NCBI GenBank assembly: GCA_965198005.1
Contig: CBDAOI010000004.1
Span: 1,632,001-1,696,000 of the forward strand
Direction of reading: 5' to 3'
From: Spirochaetia bacterium
GTDB taxonomy: Bacteria; Spirochaetota; Spirochaetia; SZUA-6; Bin103
DNA length: 64,000 nt
How positions within the stretch are numbered: position 1 is the first letter of the stretch; each line of letters opens with the position of its first letter. The translations under genes and the position numbers were made by a program. The notes under the pieces were generated by a model. It searched no databases. It was not told the origin of the DNA and was given only the letters and a program-made list of their open reading frames with translations. Below, in pieces: positions 49,612 through 60,421 of the stretch.

Positions 49612-50571
49612 ATGAGAGCGTACATCATCCGGCGGGTGCTGCTCGTCATCCCCACGCTGTTCATCCTGAGCGTCTTCGTCTTCCTCTCGGTGCGCTTCCT
49701 GCCCGGCGACGCGATCGACGTCATGCTGGACAAGGCCGGCTGGATCGGCGCGGCCAACGTGGACCGGGCGGCGCTCGAGCAGATGCTCGGACTGGACCTG
49801 CCCGCCTACGTGCAGTACGGACGCTGGATCGGCGGCATCGTGCTGCGCGGCACGCTGGGCGAGTCGCTGTGGGGCGGCGAGGCCATCGAGAGCAAGATCA
49901 TCGAGCGCCTGCCGGTGACGCTGGAGCTTGGCGTTCTGGCGATCGTGATCGGGGTGCTGATCGCCGTGCCGGTGGGCATCTATTCGGCGATGCGCCAGGA
50001 CACGGTCGGCGACTACGCCGGACGGACGATCGCCGTGATCGGCCTGGCCACGCCCAACTTCTGGCTCGGAGTGATGGTGATGCTGTACCCGGTGATCTGG
50101 TGGGGCTGGTCGCCATCGATCGAGTTGATCCGCTTCACCGACGACCCGCTGGGCAACCTGGGCATGTTCCTGGTGCCGAGCGCTATTCTCGGCACCGCGA
50201 TGGCGGCCAGCACCATGCGCATGACGCGCACCATGATGCTGGAGGTGCTGCGCCAGGATTACATCCGCACCGCCTGGGCCAAGGGGCTGAGCGAGCGGCT
50301 GGTCGTGGTCAGGCACGCCGTGAAGAACGCGTTCATTCCGGTGGTGACCCTGATCGGCCTGCAGCTCCCGATCCTGGTAGGCGGCTCGGTGATCATGGAG
50401 AACATCTTCGTCCTGCCGGGGTTGGGGCGGGTGCTGCTGACGGCCCTTACGGACCGCGACTATCCGGTCGTCATGGGAGTGAACCTGTCCTTCGGTGCGA
50501 TGGTGCTGGGGGTGAACCTGCTGATCGACCTGCTCTATCCCTACCTGGACCCGCGGGTCCGCTACCGCTAA
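49612..50571 (+). CDS. ABC permease (DppB-like)
   Basis: MRAYIIRR, DYIRTAWAKGL. Confidence 0.93.
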   Translation: MRAYIIRRVLLVIPTLFILSVFVFLSVRFLPGDAIDVMLDKAGWIGAANVDRAALEQMLGLDLPAYVQYGRWIGGIVLRGTLGESLWGGEAIESKIIERLPVTLELGVLAIVIGVLIAVPVGIYSAMRQDTVGDYAGRTIAVIGLATPNFWLGVMVMLYPVIWWGWSPSIELIRFTDDPLGNLGMFLVPSAILGTAMAASTMRMTRTMMLEVLRQDYIRTAWAKGLSERLVVVRHAVKNAFIPVVTLIGLQLPILVGGSVIMENIFVLPGLGRVLLTALTDRDYPVVMGVNLSFGAMVLGVNLLIDLLYPYLDPRVRYR

Positions 50572-50581
50572 CGGGGAGCGA

Positions 50582-51469
50582 GTGAACGTGAGGAACGCTC
50601 CGCCAGCACCACACCACTGGCTGGTCGATCTCCTGGTCAGGTTGGTCAAGACCAAGCCGCTCGGAACCGCGTGCGGGATGGTCGTGCTGGCACTGATTCT
50701 GGTCAGTGTGTTCGCCGACGTGCTGGCGCCCTATCCGTACGACGAGATTCGCCTGATGGAGATTCTGGAAGGGCCATCGGCGCGGCACCTGCTGGGCACC
50801 GACAACGTGGGGCGGGACTTCCTGAGCCGCATCATCCACGGGGCGCGGGTGTCGCTGCTGGTCGGTCTGGCCGCCACCAGCATCAGTGTCGTGGTGGCCG
50901 TGCTGGTGGGCGGCGTCACCGGATTCCTGGGTGGCAAGCTGGACCTGGTGGTGCAGCGGTTCGTCGATGCCTGGATCGCCTTTCCGGGATTGCTCTTGCT
51001 GCTCACCCTGATGTCGGTCTTGGGCCGCGGTGTGCTGCAGATCATCCTGGTGCTCGGCATCTCGGGCGGCATCGGCAGCGGCTCACGGGTCGTGAGAAGT
51101 GCCGTGATCGCCATCAAGGAGAACGTCTACTTCGAGGCGGGAGCGGCGATCGGCTCCTCCAAGTGGCGTACGCTGATCCGCCACGTGCTGCCCAACATCG
51201 CGCCGCCGGTCATCATCATCTTCAGCATCAGCGTCGGCGGCTACATCCTGAGCGCGGCATCGCTGAGCTTCCTCGGTTTCGGCCTGCCGCCCGACGTCCC
51301 CGACTGGGGCGGCATGCTGAGCCGCGAGGGGCGCCAGTACATGGAGGCGGCGCCGCGGCTGGCGCTCTGGCCGGGCCTGTGCCTGACGCTGGTGGTGTAC
51401 AGCCTGAACATGTTCGGCGATGCCCTGCGCGACCTGCTCGACCCGCGGCTCAGGGGCGGCGGACGGTGA
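50582..51469 (+). CDS. ABC permease (DppC-like)
   Basis: LGTDNVGRD, HVLPN, SLSFLGFG. Confidence 0.93.
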   Translation: MNVRNAPPAPHHWLVDLLVRLVKTKPLGTACGMVVLALILVSVFADVLAPYPYDEIRLMEILEGPSARHLLGTDNVGRDFLSRIIHGARVSLLVGLAATSISVVVAVLVGGVTGFLGGKLDLVVQRFVDAWIAFPGLLLLLTLMSVLGRGVLQIILVLGISGGIGSGSRVVRSAVIAIKENVYFEAGAAIGSSKWRTLIRHVLPNIAPPVIIIFSISVGGYILSAASLSFLGFGLPPDVPDWGGMLSREGRQYMEAAPRLALWPGLCLTLVVYSLNMFGDALRDLLDPRLRGGGR

Positions 51470-51982
51470 GTACCGGGCTCTGAACAAGAAGTGACAGCGG
51501 GGCGGTCTCCGTGCGGCAGAGGCGGCGCCGCGGCTGGCGCTGTGGCCCGGCCTGTGCCTGACGGTCATCGGCTGGGGCATTTGCGGTCCGGACGCCGGCA
51601 AGGTATGATGGCTCCGCTATGGCAGGCCCGCATCCTTCCGGCAGGTCGGCGGTCGAACCCGTGACCGTCTCTCAAGAGAGGATCCACCGGGGGTCCTGGG
51701 CGTAGGCGACACCCGCGTATTGCCGAGCACACCGTCCGCGATTGGCAATCGGCACTGGCACGTAGCTGGGCCACCTCGGCATCGCCTGCATCACTTGGCA
51801 CAAGAACTTCAAGGGCGAGGACTGGCCGGATGAGGATTTCCGCACGCTTGAGGTACCGATCCATGGGCCCACTGGAACCAATGAGGCTACCAATCGTTGA
51901 CAGAGTGAATACGTACGGTAATAATATCTGTCCACGGATCGCGGGCCCGGCAAGTGTCTGCGAGACGGGCAAGGAGGCGAAC

Positions 51983-52957
51983 ATGCCGGCATTGACAGGG
52001 GTGCAACTCGAGGAGTTTCAGCGAGAGGGCTACCTGTTGATCGAGGGGCTGTTCGATCCGGCTGAGACACTGGACCCGATCTTCGAAGAGTACGCTGGCG
52101 TTCTGCATCGTCTGGCTGAGAAGCTCCAGGCCGCCGGCGAGCTGGCCTCAGCCTACCGGGAGCTGCCGTTTGGGGATCGCGTCATTCGGATCTACGCTGA
52201 GACCGGCAAGACTTACGAGGCCTACTTTGACTTCAGCCTTCCTCGGGCCGGTGTCAAGAAGGACTCACCGATCTGGGTCGGGCCTACCGTGTTTCGTACG
52301 CTCATAAACTCGTCTCTGCTCGACGTCGTGGAATCGGTAATAGGTCCTGAGATTCTCGCGAATCCGGTGCAGCACGTCCGAATCAAGCCTCCGGAGCGCC
52401 TGGTACCGGCGAGCGCGACTGCGAATGCTAAAGTAGTGTCCACTCCCTGGCATCAGGACAATGGGGTCTTTGAGCCGGAGGCGGACGAGACCGACACGCT
52501 CACTGTGTGGTTTCCGCTTGTGGACGCTACCGTCGAGAATGGTTGTTTGCAAGTGATTCCGCGTAGCCATACCGGCGGCCTCATTACCCACTGTCCCACT
52601 CCCACCCTCGGTCCCGCGATTCCGGACACGTTCCTCGACTCGAACCTGGCGATCACCATCCCTATGCGCCGTGGCGACGTCCTGCTCATCCACAAGAAGA
52701 CGTGCCATTCGTCGTTGGCAAACGTGAGTGACGAGGTGCGGATCAGTTTCGACCTGCGCTACCAACCAATTGGCCAACCGACCGGCAGAAACGGCTACCC
52801 GGGATTCGTTGCCCGCAGTCGCGCCAATCCGGAAGCGGAGATCCGTGATCCAGTCGTCTGGGCGGATCTTTGGTACGCGGCCAGGGACGAGCTGGCGGCC
52901 ACTACGGACGAACCGGTGTACGACCGGTGGGACGGCACGCACCCGGGTTGTGCGTGA
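51983..52957 (+). CDS. Phytanoyl-CoA dioxygenase family (Fe/2OG) protein
   Basis: TPWHQD, WFPLVDATVENGCL..PRSH, CHSS..N.S..R; AAGGAGG SD. Confidence 0.88.
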   Translation: MPALTGVQLEEFQREGYLLIEGLFDPAETLDPIFEEYAGVLHRLAEKLQAAGELASAYRELPFGDRVIRIYAETGKTYEAYFDFSLPRAGVKKDSPIWVGPTVFRTLINSSLLDVVESVIGPEILANPVQHVRIKPPERLVPASATANAKVVSTPWHQDNGVFEPEADETDTLTVWFPLVDATVENGCLQVIPRSHTGGLITHCPTPTLGPAIPDTFLDSNLAITIPMRRGDVLLIHKKTCHSSLANVSDEVRISFDLRYQPIGQPTGRNGYPGFVARSRANPEAEIRDPVVWADLWYAARDELAATTDEPVYDRWDGTHPGCA

Positions 52958-53023
52958 GCTACAACCACCCATGACCAAGCGCGAGAAAAACATTGTAATA
53001 GAGTATTGAGAAAGGGGGACGTA

Positions 53024-54007
53024 ATGGATAGATATCTTGTAACCGGTGCAACCGGATTTATCGGGCGAGAAGTTGTGCATCAGCTGCTATCCCTTGGAAA
53101 AGAGGTAACAGCCCTGGGGCGTACGACTCCTGATGAAGAGATTTCTTTTATACAGGCCGATTTAACCGATAGTCACGGTTTGGAGCAGGCTTTAGAGGGT
53201 CGCAAGTTTGAATGTATTTTGCATATTGCCTCGTTACCGGGCGACACGGGGGATTCCGTACAAATGGTTCAGGTCAACGTAAATGGCTGTCAGAATATAT
53301 TGGAGTATGCCCGTAGGTCCGGAGTGAATAGGTTTGTGTTGACAAGCAGTGTCTCCGCTTATGAATGGTATCCAGCAACCAAGTTCAACGCTCCGGATTA
53401 TATGCCGGTAGATGAGGAACACCCCTGTAGACCCAAGGATATGTATTCCACCACGAAGCGAGCACAAGAGCTATTGGCCATGACATATTATTGGCAATAC
53501 AAAGTACCAACGACCGCTTTGAGACTGGTCGCGGTCGTTGGACCTCGTGGTCGGGGGGGAGGACGTGGATATCGTGAGTTGGCCGAAATGATGGCTGAGG
53601 GGACAAGCGTCAAAATCCCACATTTTTCTGCCGACGAATTGTGTCACTATGTAGATTTGCGGGATGCAGGGCGTATGCATATCGCTTTGGCCGAACACCC
53701 CAAGGCGGTTGGTGAGATCTTTAACTGCGCTGGTCCCGAATCTACACGAGGGACTGAGTTTGCTGACGTTGTCCAACGATTGGTTCCTGGAATCGACGTG
53801 GAATACGGTTTCCCTTGGAGTATGGCCCAGGGAGGCGAGATTGCATTCAATATGTCGAAAACTGAACGACTGGTCGATTTTATACCGCGCTATTCTATTT
53901 CCGATTCCCTCCAAAGTATAAAGGACTGGATCGATGCTGGCGGTCTGGAGAAGGACAAGCTCAGCCAGAAAGAATCTTTTGGCGCTGGAGAAATAGGGGA
54001 GAGATAA
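53024..54007 (+). CDS. NAD-dependent epimerase/dehydratase
   Basis: TGATGFIG, TSS, YSTTK. Confidence 0.88.
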   Translation: MDRYLVTGATGFIGREVVHQLLSLGKEVTALGRTTPDEEISFIQADLTDSHGLEQALEGRKFECILHIASLPGDTGDSVQMVQVNVNGCQNILEYARRSGVNRFVLTSSVSAYEWYPATKFNAPDYMPVDEEHPCRPKDMYSTTKRAQELLAMTYYWQYKVPTTALRLVAVVGPRGRGGGRGYRELAEMMAEGTSVKIPHFSADELCHYVDLRDAGRMHIALAEHPKAVGEIFNCAGPESTRGTEFADVVQRLVPGIDVEYGFPWSMAQGGEIAFNMSKTERLVDFIPRYSISDSLQSIKDWIDAGGLEKDKLSQKESFGAGEIGER

Positions 54008-54718
54008 ATGGAAAGATCATTACAAGAAGAAATGCTCGAAAAATTGCGGAGCTTCAATACCCCGACCGTGTCGAACATTGTTGCTACGTATTCCGAGAAT
54101 CCCCTCTGTCTCGGTCTCTATGACGCCTGGAACGGCAGATGGTATACGGATCAATCGGTTCGCTGTGCGTTTCCGGAGATGGGGAGAAGAATAGGACATG
54201 CATTTACAATGATTTATTCAACGCCTGACCCGGAGTACCCGCAATTGTTGTTCGCGGATTTGATAGAAGCGCTGGACAAGGCGAAAAAGCCTATTATCGT
54301 CGTATGTCAGCAAACCTATCCGGACGGTATTGTCGATAGAGCGGGACTGTTTGGAGGTCAATCAACAGCACTATATAAGGCGTGTGGGGTGGTGGGGGTA
54401 GTGACTAATGGTCCTTCTCGAGATTTGGATGAAATGCGTCCATTCGGAGTGCAATATATTATGAGTGGCACTACAGCCGGACATGGAGAGTTCGCTTTGA
54501 GGGCACTCAATGTACCTGTTTCGGTTGCGGGAATGGATGTGACATCTGGTGATATGATTCATATGGATGAACATGGCGCGTGCAAGTTCCCGGAAGATAA
54601 GCTGGCAGATATTTGTAAGAATATTGATGTTCTTGCCAGGAAAGAAGAAGAACAGGTCGAAGCGATACTAGCAGCAAAGACAGTGGAGGAAATAAAGGAA
54701 GCTTGGCCAGAGAAATAG
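54008..54718 (+). CDS. RraA family (HMG aldolase-like) protein
   Basis: TPTVSN, GVVTNGPSRDLDE, GDMIHMDEHG. Confidence 0.85.
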   Translation: MERSLQEEMLEKLRSFNTPTVSNIVATYSENPLCLGLYDAWNGRWYTDQSVRCAFPEMGRRIGHAFTMIYSTPDPEYPQLLFADLIEALDKAKKPIIVVCQQTYPDGIVDRAGLFGGQSTALYKACGVVGVVTNGPSRDLDEMRPFGVQYIMSGTTAGHGEFALRALNVPVSVAGMDVTSGDMIHMDEHGACKFPEDKLADICKNIDVLARKEEEQVEAILAAKTVEEIKEAWPEK

Positions 54719-54735
54719 GTGGGAGTTGAGTAGGT

Positions 54736-55722
54736 ATGCGGGCCTATATTATCAGGAGATTATTGGTACTCATACCCACCGTCCTCCTGGTGAGTATGAT
54801 GATCTTCGTGGTGATGCGCATTCTTCCAGGCGACATAATAACCGCGATGATGGCAGCATCTCCGGACGAAAGCTTTTCGGAATACCAAAGAGCTTTACTA
54901 CTGATCAAGCTGGGGCTGGATGCACCACTACATGTTCAGTATGGACGGTGGATGGGATTTCTTCCCCAGATGGATGGCAGTTTCAGAGGTATTCTTCAAG
55001 GCGACTTGGGGGTTTCCTGGTGGAGAGTGACGCCCGTGGCCGAACTACTGGCGCTTAAATGGCCAGTAACCCTTGAACTTGGCGTCATCGGGCTACTGAT
55101 AGCCCAACTGATAGCCTTGCCTACAGGTATATACTCAGCGATACGGCAGGATCAATGGGGTGACTATATAGCGCGTAGCGTTGCCATATTGTGTATCTCC
55201 GTCCCGGGGTTCTGGTTAGGGACTATCATAATAGTATTCCCCTCAATATGGTGGGGCTATATGCCACCCATCATGCTTATCCCGTTTTTTGAGGACCCAA
55301 TAGGCAATCTGAGAATGTTCGTCGTGGCGGCTATCGTTCTGGGCATGGAATTGTGTGGGAGAACCATGAGAATGACCCGAACCATGATGCTGGAGGTGTT
55401 GAGGAAAGATTATATCAGGACAGCCTGGGCAAAGGGGCTAAGGGAGAGGATAGTCGTCATAAGGCACGCCCTGAAGAATGCGCTGATCCCGGTAATCACC
55501 ACAATAGGAATTCAGGTGCCCATCCTGGTTGGGGGCACCGTTATTATAGAGCAGATATTTGTGCTACCCGGGATGGGCCGCCTAATGATAACTGCGGTCC
55601 TTCAAAGAGACTACCCGCTGGTTAACGGAATAATGCTGGTTTTTGCGGCCGTCCTGGTGCTGATAAATCTAGCGGTTGACCTAACCTACGCCTATTTGGA
55701 CCCCAGGATTCGTTATAGATAA
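54736..55722 (+). CDS. ABC permease (DppB-like)
   Basis: MRAYIIRR, DYIRTAWAKGL. Confidence 0.92.
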   Translation: MRAYIIRRLLVLIPTVLLVSMMIFVVMRILPGDIITAMMAASPDESFSEYQRALLLIKLGLDAPLHVQYGRWMGFLPQMDGSFRGILQGDLGVSWWRVTPVAELLALKWPVTLELGVIGLLIAQLIALPTGIYSAIRQDQWGDYIARSVAILCISVPGFWLGTIIIVFPSIWWGYMPPIMLIPFFEDPIGNLRMFVVAAIVLGMELCGRTMRMTRTMMLEVLRKDYIRTAWAKGLRERIVVIRHALKNALIPVITTIGIQVPILVGGTVIIEQIFVLPGMGRLMITAVLQRDYPLVNGIMLVFAAVLVLINLAVDLTYAYLDPRIRYR

Positions 55723-55725
55723 TGA

Positions 55726-56646
55726 GTGATGGTGGCCGATAGCTCATCAGGGAACGCAGCCGAAATGGAGAGACGCTCCACACCGGTCAATTTCCTGATA
55801 AGGCTGGTGAAGGAAAAGCCACTGGGTGCTGTGGGTGGAATCATAACCTTTATCCTGCTTCTCACCGGTATTTTTGCCGATTTCCTTCCCGCCTATGGAA
55901 CAAATGAAGTTCATATGGAAGATATCATGGTTCCACCATCAGTCCGGTACTGGTTGGGGACGGATAACCTGGGGCGAGACGTGCTCTCTCGTGTCATCTT
56001 CGGGGCTCGCGTCTCGGTGATTGTCGGTTTGGGAGCTTCTACTGTAATAACGATTCTCGCTTCAATTATCGGTATTATGACCGGGTACATCGGCGGTAAT
56101 TTTGACCTCATAGTGCAACGGTTTGTCGATGCCCTCATGAGCGTGCCAGGTCTAATTCTTATGATGGTCTTGATATCCATCATCGGGCCGGGTATGTGGC
56201 AGGTGATCGTTGTTATGGGGATACGACTGGGCGTCACCAGTTCGAGGGTAATAAGGAGCGCGGTCATCAGTATCAAGGAGGATACGTATGTGGAGGCGGC
56301 GGCGGCAATTGGCTGTTCTACCTCCAGGATACTTACGCGCCATATCCTGCCCAATATCATGGCTCACGCAATTGTCATATTCACCACTAGGATGCCGACG
56401 GTTATTATAGCTGAGGCTAGCCTGAGCTTTCTTGGCTTTGGTATCCCTCCGTCGACTCCGAGCTGGGGAGGCATGCTTAGTGGCGGTGCGCGTGCCTATA
56501 TGTTCAGGGCGCCGTGGATGGTCATATGGCCTGGTGTTGCCCTGGCTGCGGTGGTGTATGGTATAAATATGTTTGGCGATGCACTGAGAGACTTGTTGGA
56601 CCCAAAGCTGAGGGGTGGTGCGGGGCGCTATGGGTTGAGAGAGTGA
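55726..56646 (+). CDS. ABC permease (DppC-like)
   Basis: LGTDNLGRD, HILPN, EASLSFLGFG. Confidence 0.92.
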   Translation: MMVADSSSGNAAEMERRSTPVNFLIRLVKEKPLGAVGGIITFILLLTGIFADFLPAYGTNEVHMEDIMVPPSVRYWLGTDNLGRDVLSRVIFGARVSVIVGLGASTVITILASIIGIMTGYIGGNFDLIVQRFVDALMSVPGLILMMVLISIIGPGMWQVIVVMGIRLGVTSSRVIRSAVISIKEDTYVEAAAAIGCSTSRILTRHILPNIMAHAIVIFTTRMPTVIIAEASLSFLGFGIPPSTPSWGGMLSGGARAYMFRAPWMVIWPGVALAAVVYGINMFGDALRDLLDPKLRGGAGRYGLRE

Positions 56647-56798
56647 AACAAGAAGCCTTAAGGAGAGTTGACGACACGGGAGGAGAACTGGATGTGCATG
56701 ATTACAGGATCTTGAAAACACGTGGTAGGATGCCCGGGATTCAAGATATCGGCAAGGCAATGAGAAGCAAGAAACATTCTATACTGAGGAGTTGGATT

Positions 56799-58508
56799 GT
56801 GAAAACCAGGATTTTTGTCGTAGTACTGGCGTTCGCGGTGGTAGCGACCCTTGCTTTTTCCGTCGGTGAGACGGAAGAGGATGTGGCAGCAGAAGAGGTG
56901 GAAGCAGGTGTGCCCCAATATGGTGGCACGCTCACTATTTTCCATGGCAAGCAATATATGGCAGACCCACCAAGCCCGGACATAGCTGATGGTATGTTCC
57001 CGTTCCATTGGCTACAGATCATGCAGGAGAGGCCAATAATTGGCGACTTCGAGAAGTACGGGATCAGGGGCACTGGTGAATTTTCATTTCAGTTGCGTAC
57101 GTTCATCCCCGAGAAGTTCATGAAAGGCAACGTGCTCGAAAGTTGGGAGGTTAGTCCCGAGAATATAACCTGGCGCATACGGCCGGGAATAGACTGGCAG
57201 GATGTGCCGCACATAATGAAAGCCCGGGAACTTACTGCCGAGGATGTTGTCGCTGACGTGAAATACTTCTTGGCGTCTCCGCCAGGGAAGAGTGTCGCGC
57301 GGTATATAGGGGACGTATATGCCACGGACAGATACACCGCTGTTCTTGAATTCACCAAGTTCGATCTTGGTTGGTACTATCGCCTTGGCTATGAAGACCG
57401 CGCCATAATAAGTCCACCTGAAACGGAAGGTTCCAAGAAGTGGGAAGATCAGGTTGGCACGGGACCATTCATATTCAAAGAGTATGTCGTTGGTTCTCAC
57501 ATGAGCTTCAAGAGCAACCCTGATTGGTGGAAAACGACGATCATCGACGGCGTGGAATATCAAGTACCGTTTGTAGACGAGATAATAAAGCCCATCATTC
57601 CCGATGAGGCTACCCAGATGGCCGCGCTGCGGACGGCGAAGCTTGATTACGTTCATTATGTGCCCGTCAGGCAGTGGGAAAACTTGGACACAACAGCCCC
57701 TGAGCTGGTAAGCGCCAGACTGGTTGCGGAAAGGGGAATGACTGTAGCTTTGAAGACCAGTGAGGCACCTTTTGACGATGTGAACGTACGGCGAGCCTTG
57801 ATGATTGGCACAGACATGAAAGCCTTCGCTGACGCCATGGGTGTGGGACCACTACCGACATACTGGTTCCCAATGTATCCGGGGAATCCCACAGTTTTCA
57901 CTACACTGGAAGAACTGCCTTCGGAAACCCGATTGCTGTTTGACTATAACCCGGAACTGGCCAGACAGATGCTGGCAGATGCTGGTTACCCCGATGGCTT
58001 TGAGATGGAACATTGGACTGCAACCGAAGCCACCGAACTGGATGCAGCGGATCTGCTTAAATACCAGTGGGCTCAGATTGGCGTTGACGTCAAGATAATG
58101 GCATCCGACTATATCAACTTTGATGATGCCCGAAGGTACAAAAGATACAGTCACAGCGTCATGGACTTCGCTGGGACGGCCAATCCGACTGATGCGCTCG
58201 TCCTCCGCGGGGGGACGGACCAGCCCCTCAACTACGCTGACTGGTCGGACGAGTATTTTGATGAGATGCTGGCCAAGATAGCCGAAGAGGAAGATTACGT
58301 TGAGCGAGACCGCCTAATCAAGAAGGCAGCCGCACATATGCTCAATGAGGCTAAGTCCATACCTCTCTACACTGAGCAGGAAGGGCTCTTTTGGTGGCCG
58401 TGGGTAAACAATTTCTATGGCGAGACCAACCTCGGAGACAATGATAACGAAACCCCCCTGGCCTACGCCTGGATTGACCAGAAGCTGAAGGCAGAGATGG
58501 GATACTAG
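56799..58508 (+). CDS. ABC transporter substrate-binding protein, family 5 (copy A)
   Basis: GAGGAG SD + GTG, signal peptide, PQYGGTL, VGTGPF. Confidence 0.92.
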   Translation: MKTRIFVVVLAFAVVATLAFSVGETEEDVAAEEVEAGVPQYGGTLTIFHGKQYMADPPSPDIADGMFPFHWLQIMQERPIIGDFEKYGIRGTGEFSFQLRTFIPEKFMKGNVLESWEVSPENITWRIRPGIDWQDVPHIMKARELTAEDVVADVKYFLASPPGKSVARYIGDVYATDRYTAVLEFTKFDLGWYYRLGYEDRAIISPPETEGSKKWEDQVGTGPFIFKEYVVGSHMSFKSNPDWWKTTIIDGVEYQVPFVDEIIKPIIPDEATQMAALRTAKLDYVHYVPVRQWENLDTTAPELVSARLVAERGMTVALKTSEAPFDDVNVRRALMIGTDMKAFADAMGVGPLPTYWFPMYPGNPTVFTTLEELPSETRLLFDYNPELARQMLADAGYPDGFEMEHWTATEATELDAADLLKYQWAQIGVDVKIMASDYINFDDARRYKRYSHSVMDFAGTANPTDALVLRGGTDQPLNYADWSDEYFDEMLAKIAEEEDYVERDRLIKKAAAHMLNEAKSIPLYTEQEGLFWWPWVNNFYGETNLGDNDNETPLAYAWIDQKLKAEMGY

Positions 58509-58574
58509 GTAGTAGCAGCCAACACCGAAAGAGCTTCGGCAATTCCGTATAGGGGATCAATAGCCAGAGGTAGA

Positions 58575-58605
58575 AGAGGGGCGGGAGATAATCTCCCGCC
58601 CCTCT
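58575..58605. terminator. 14-bp hairpin downstream of SBP copy A
   Basis: AGAGGGGCGGGAGA-TAA-TCTCCCGCCCCTCT; no clear U-tract. Confidence 0.5.
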
Positions 58606-58839
58606 AACATTATACCTGAATTCTACACAAAGGGGGGTGAACGACGTTGCTATGGCAACAGTCTTGTCCGTGAGAGGAATGCTTCTGGTTTTGCTACCCC
58701 TCTCCCGTTCACGAGTACGAATGATTTCTACGCTGTCAATGGTTATGCGTACTTCACGGGCGGTACGCCTCCAGGTGTGGAACCGTACCCAACCGAACTG
58801 GGCCGCCGTCTCGTTGATGCCGGCACGGGTCGGAGAATA

Positions 58840-59658
58840 ATGAAGATTCTGGTCACGAACGACGACGGCATCGATTCGCCCGGCATCCAGGCTCTCGCCG
58901 AAGCGATGAGTCGGGTCGGCGAGGTGCTCATTGTTGCCCCGGACCGAGAACAGAGTGGCGTCGGCACTGCCGTATCCTTTCACAACGGCATTGCTGTCGC
59001 GGAACGAACTTCTTCCATTAAAGGGGCGCGTGCCTATGCGGTCAGCGGCACACCGAGCGATTGTGTGTTCCTGGGCCTGGGGCCATTGGCTGAAGGCAAG
59101 ATACACCTCGTCGTGTCCGGCATCAACACGGGCGCCAATGTTGGTAATGCCGTCCTGGGGTCGGGGACCACCATGGCGACCCGCGTGGCTCATGAGCGCA
59201 GTCCCAGGATCCCATCAATTGCCGTCTCGCTGAGCCTAGATGGGCCGCAAGACCGCAGAGAGCCGCTTTTCCACCTTGCCGCCACGGTTTCCGAATTATT
59301 GGCGCGCCGCATAGCAGAGGGTGAAATGCCGACGGGCATCACCCTCAATGTGAACGTCCCCAGTGTTCCTAGCGGAGAAATCCGGGGTATTGCCGTGACC
59401 CGACTCTCTCCCATTAGTTACTGGAAACTACGAACGGAGCAGCGCGGCGATGGACTCTACTACAACAAGCTCTCCGCAATCGCAGCGGACCATCCCGACA
59501 TCGTAGAGGGGACCGATGTCTGGGCTCTCAATCGGGGCCTTATATCCATCACCCCGTTACGCCTGGAAGTCACCGACGATACCCAACTGCCAGCGCTGCG
59601 GGAGCATACGCCTCACCTCGAGTCCGCTCTCGAGCGGATTGTTGTCGAGGTTCCGTGA
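58840..59658 (+). CDS. surE: 5'/3'-nucleotidase SurE
   Basis: ILVTNDDG, APDREQSG, GTPSDC, VSGIN.G.N, ISITPL. Confidence 0.92.
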   Translation: MKILVTNDDGIDSPGIQALAEAMSRVGEVLIVAPDREQSGVGTAVSFHNGIAVAERTSSIKGARAYAVSGTPSDCVFLGLGPLAEGKIHLVVSGINTGANVGNAVLGSGTTMATRVAHERSPRIPSIAVSLSLDGPQDRREPLFHLAATVSELLARRIAEGEMPTGITLNVNVPSVPSGEIRGIAVTRLSPISYWKLRTEQRGDGLYYNKLSAIAADHPDIVEGTDVWALNRGLISITPLRLEVTDDTQLPALREHTPHLESALERIVVEVP

Positions 59659-59739
59659 TAGGGCGCGGTCGGTGCCCGCGGCTAGGCTGGAATGAGGAGC
59701 GAGCACAGCTGGGTGGTTGACGCGCCCCTCGGTGGCGGC

Positions 59740-59997
59740 GGAGAGCGGGTCTCCCGAGTACCTGCTGAGCTGGAATCGCGGGCACTGGTCGATCGAGGCC
59801 AAAAACCACCTGCGCCGTGACGCCACCAAGACGCCGGCCGCGACTGGCGCGGCTTTGCACCGGCCAACCGCAAGACCTGCAACAACATCGCGCTGGCGAT
59901 GATTCTACATCAGGGGAACACCAACGCGGCTGCCGCCCTGCGCCATTTTAGGCTCCACCGGAAGGCGGCATTCGCGGCTCTGCTGTCGCCCGGCTGA
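59740..59997 (+). mobile_element. ISAs1-family transposase C-terminal remnant
   Basis: RGHWSIE..H.RRD and CNNIALA in broken frames. Confidence 0.6.
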
Positions 59998-60421
59998 GCC
60001 GGTCGCGCGTTCCGCCCCGCGGCAACCCCCTCTGAATGCCCCAACACCCTACCCGCAGGGCCGGGCGGTAGCCGGTGGGCTGTGAAGTCCTCCGTCATCC
60101 CCTCGACGATCGCGGCGGAGGCATTGACTCCAGTTGACCACGTTGGGCGAATATGAGAGAAGAGTGGTCCATGAACACCACGTGACCTGCAGACACGACA
60201 CCTACGGGTCGCACAGTGTGATCGAGTCGGTGCGTCACGATCCCCTGAGTGGGGGCCTCACCGCTCAGCGGTTCCGCCCGCGCGCCACAGGTCTGAGACT
60301 CAAACCGCCCGAGAGGGCATCAGCATGCCGGACGCGTTGGGGCGAGTAGCCGCGTGGCGACGGCCGTCAGATCGGGATGGTGGAGAGACACCTGTGCAGT
60401 TGCTTGATGCTCCGCACGGTT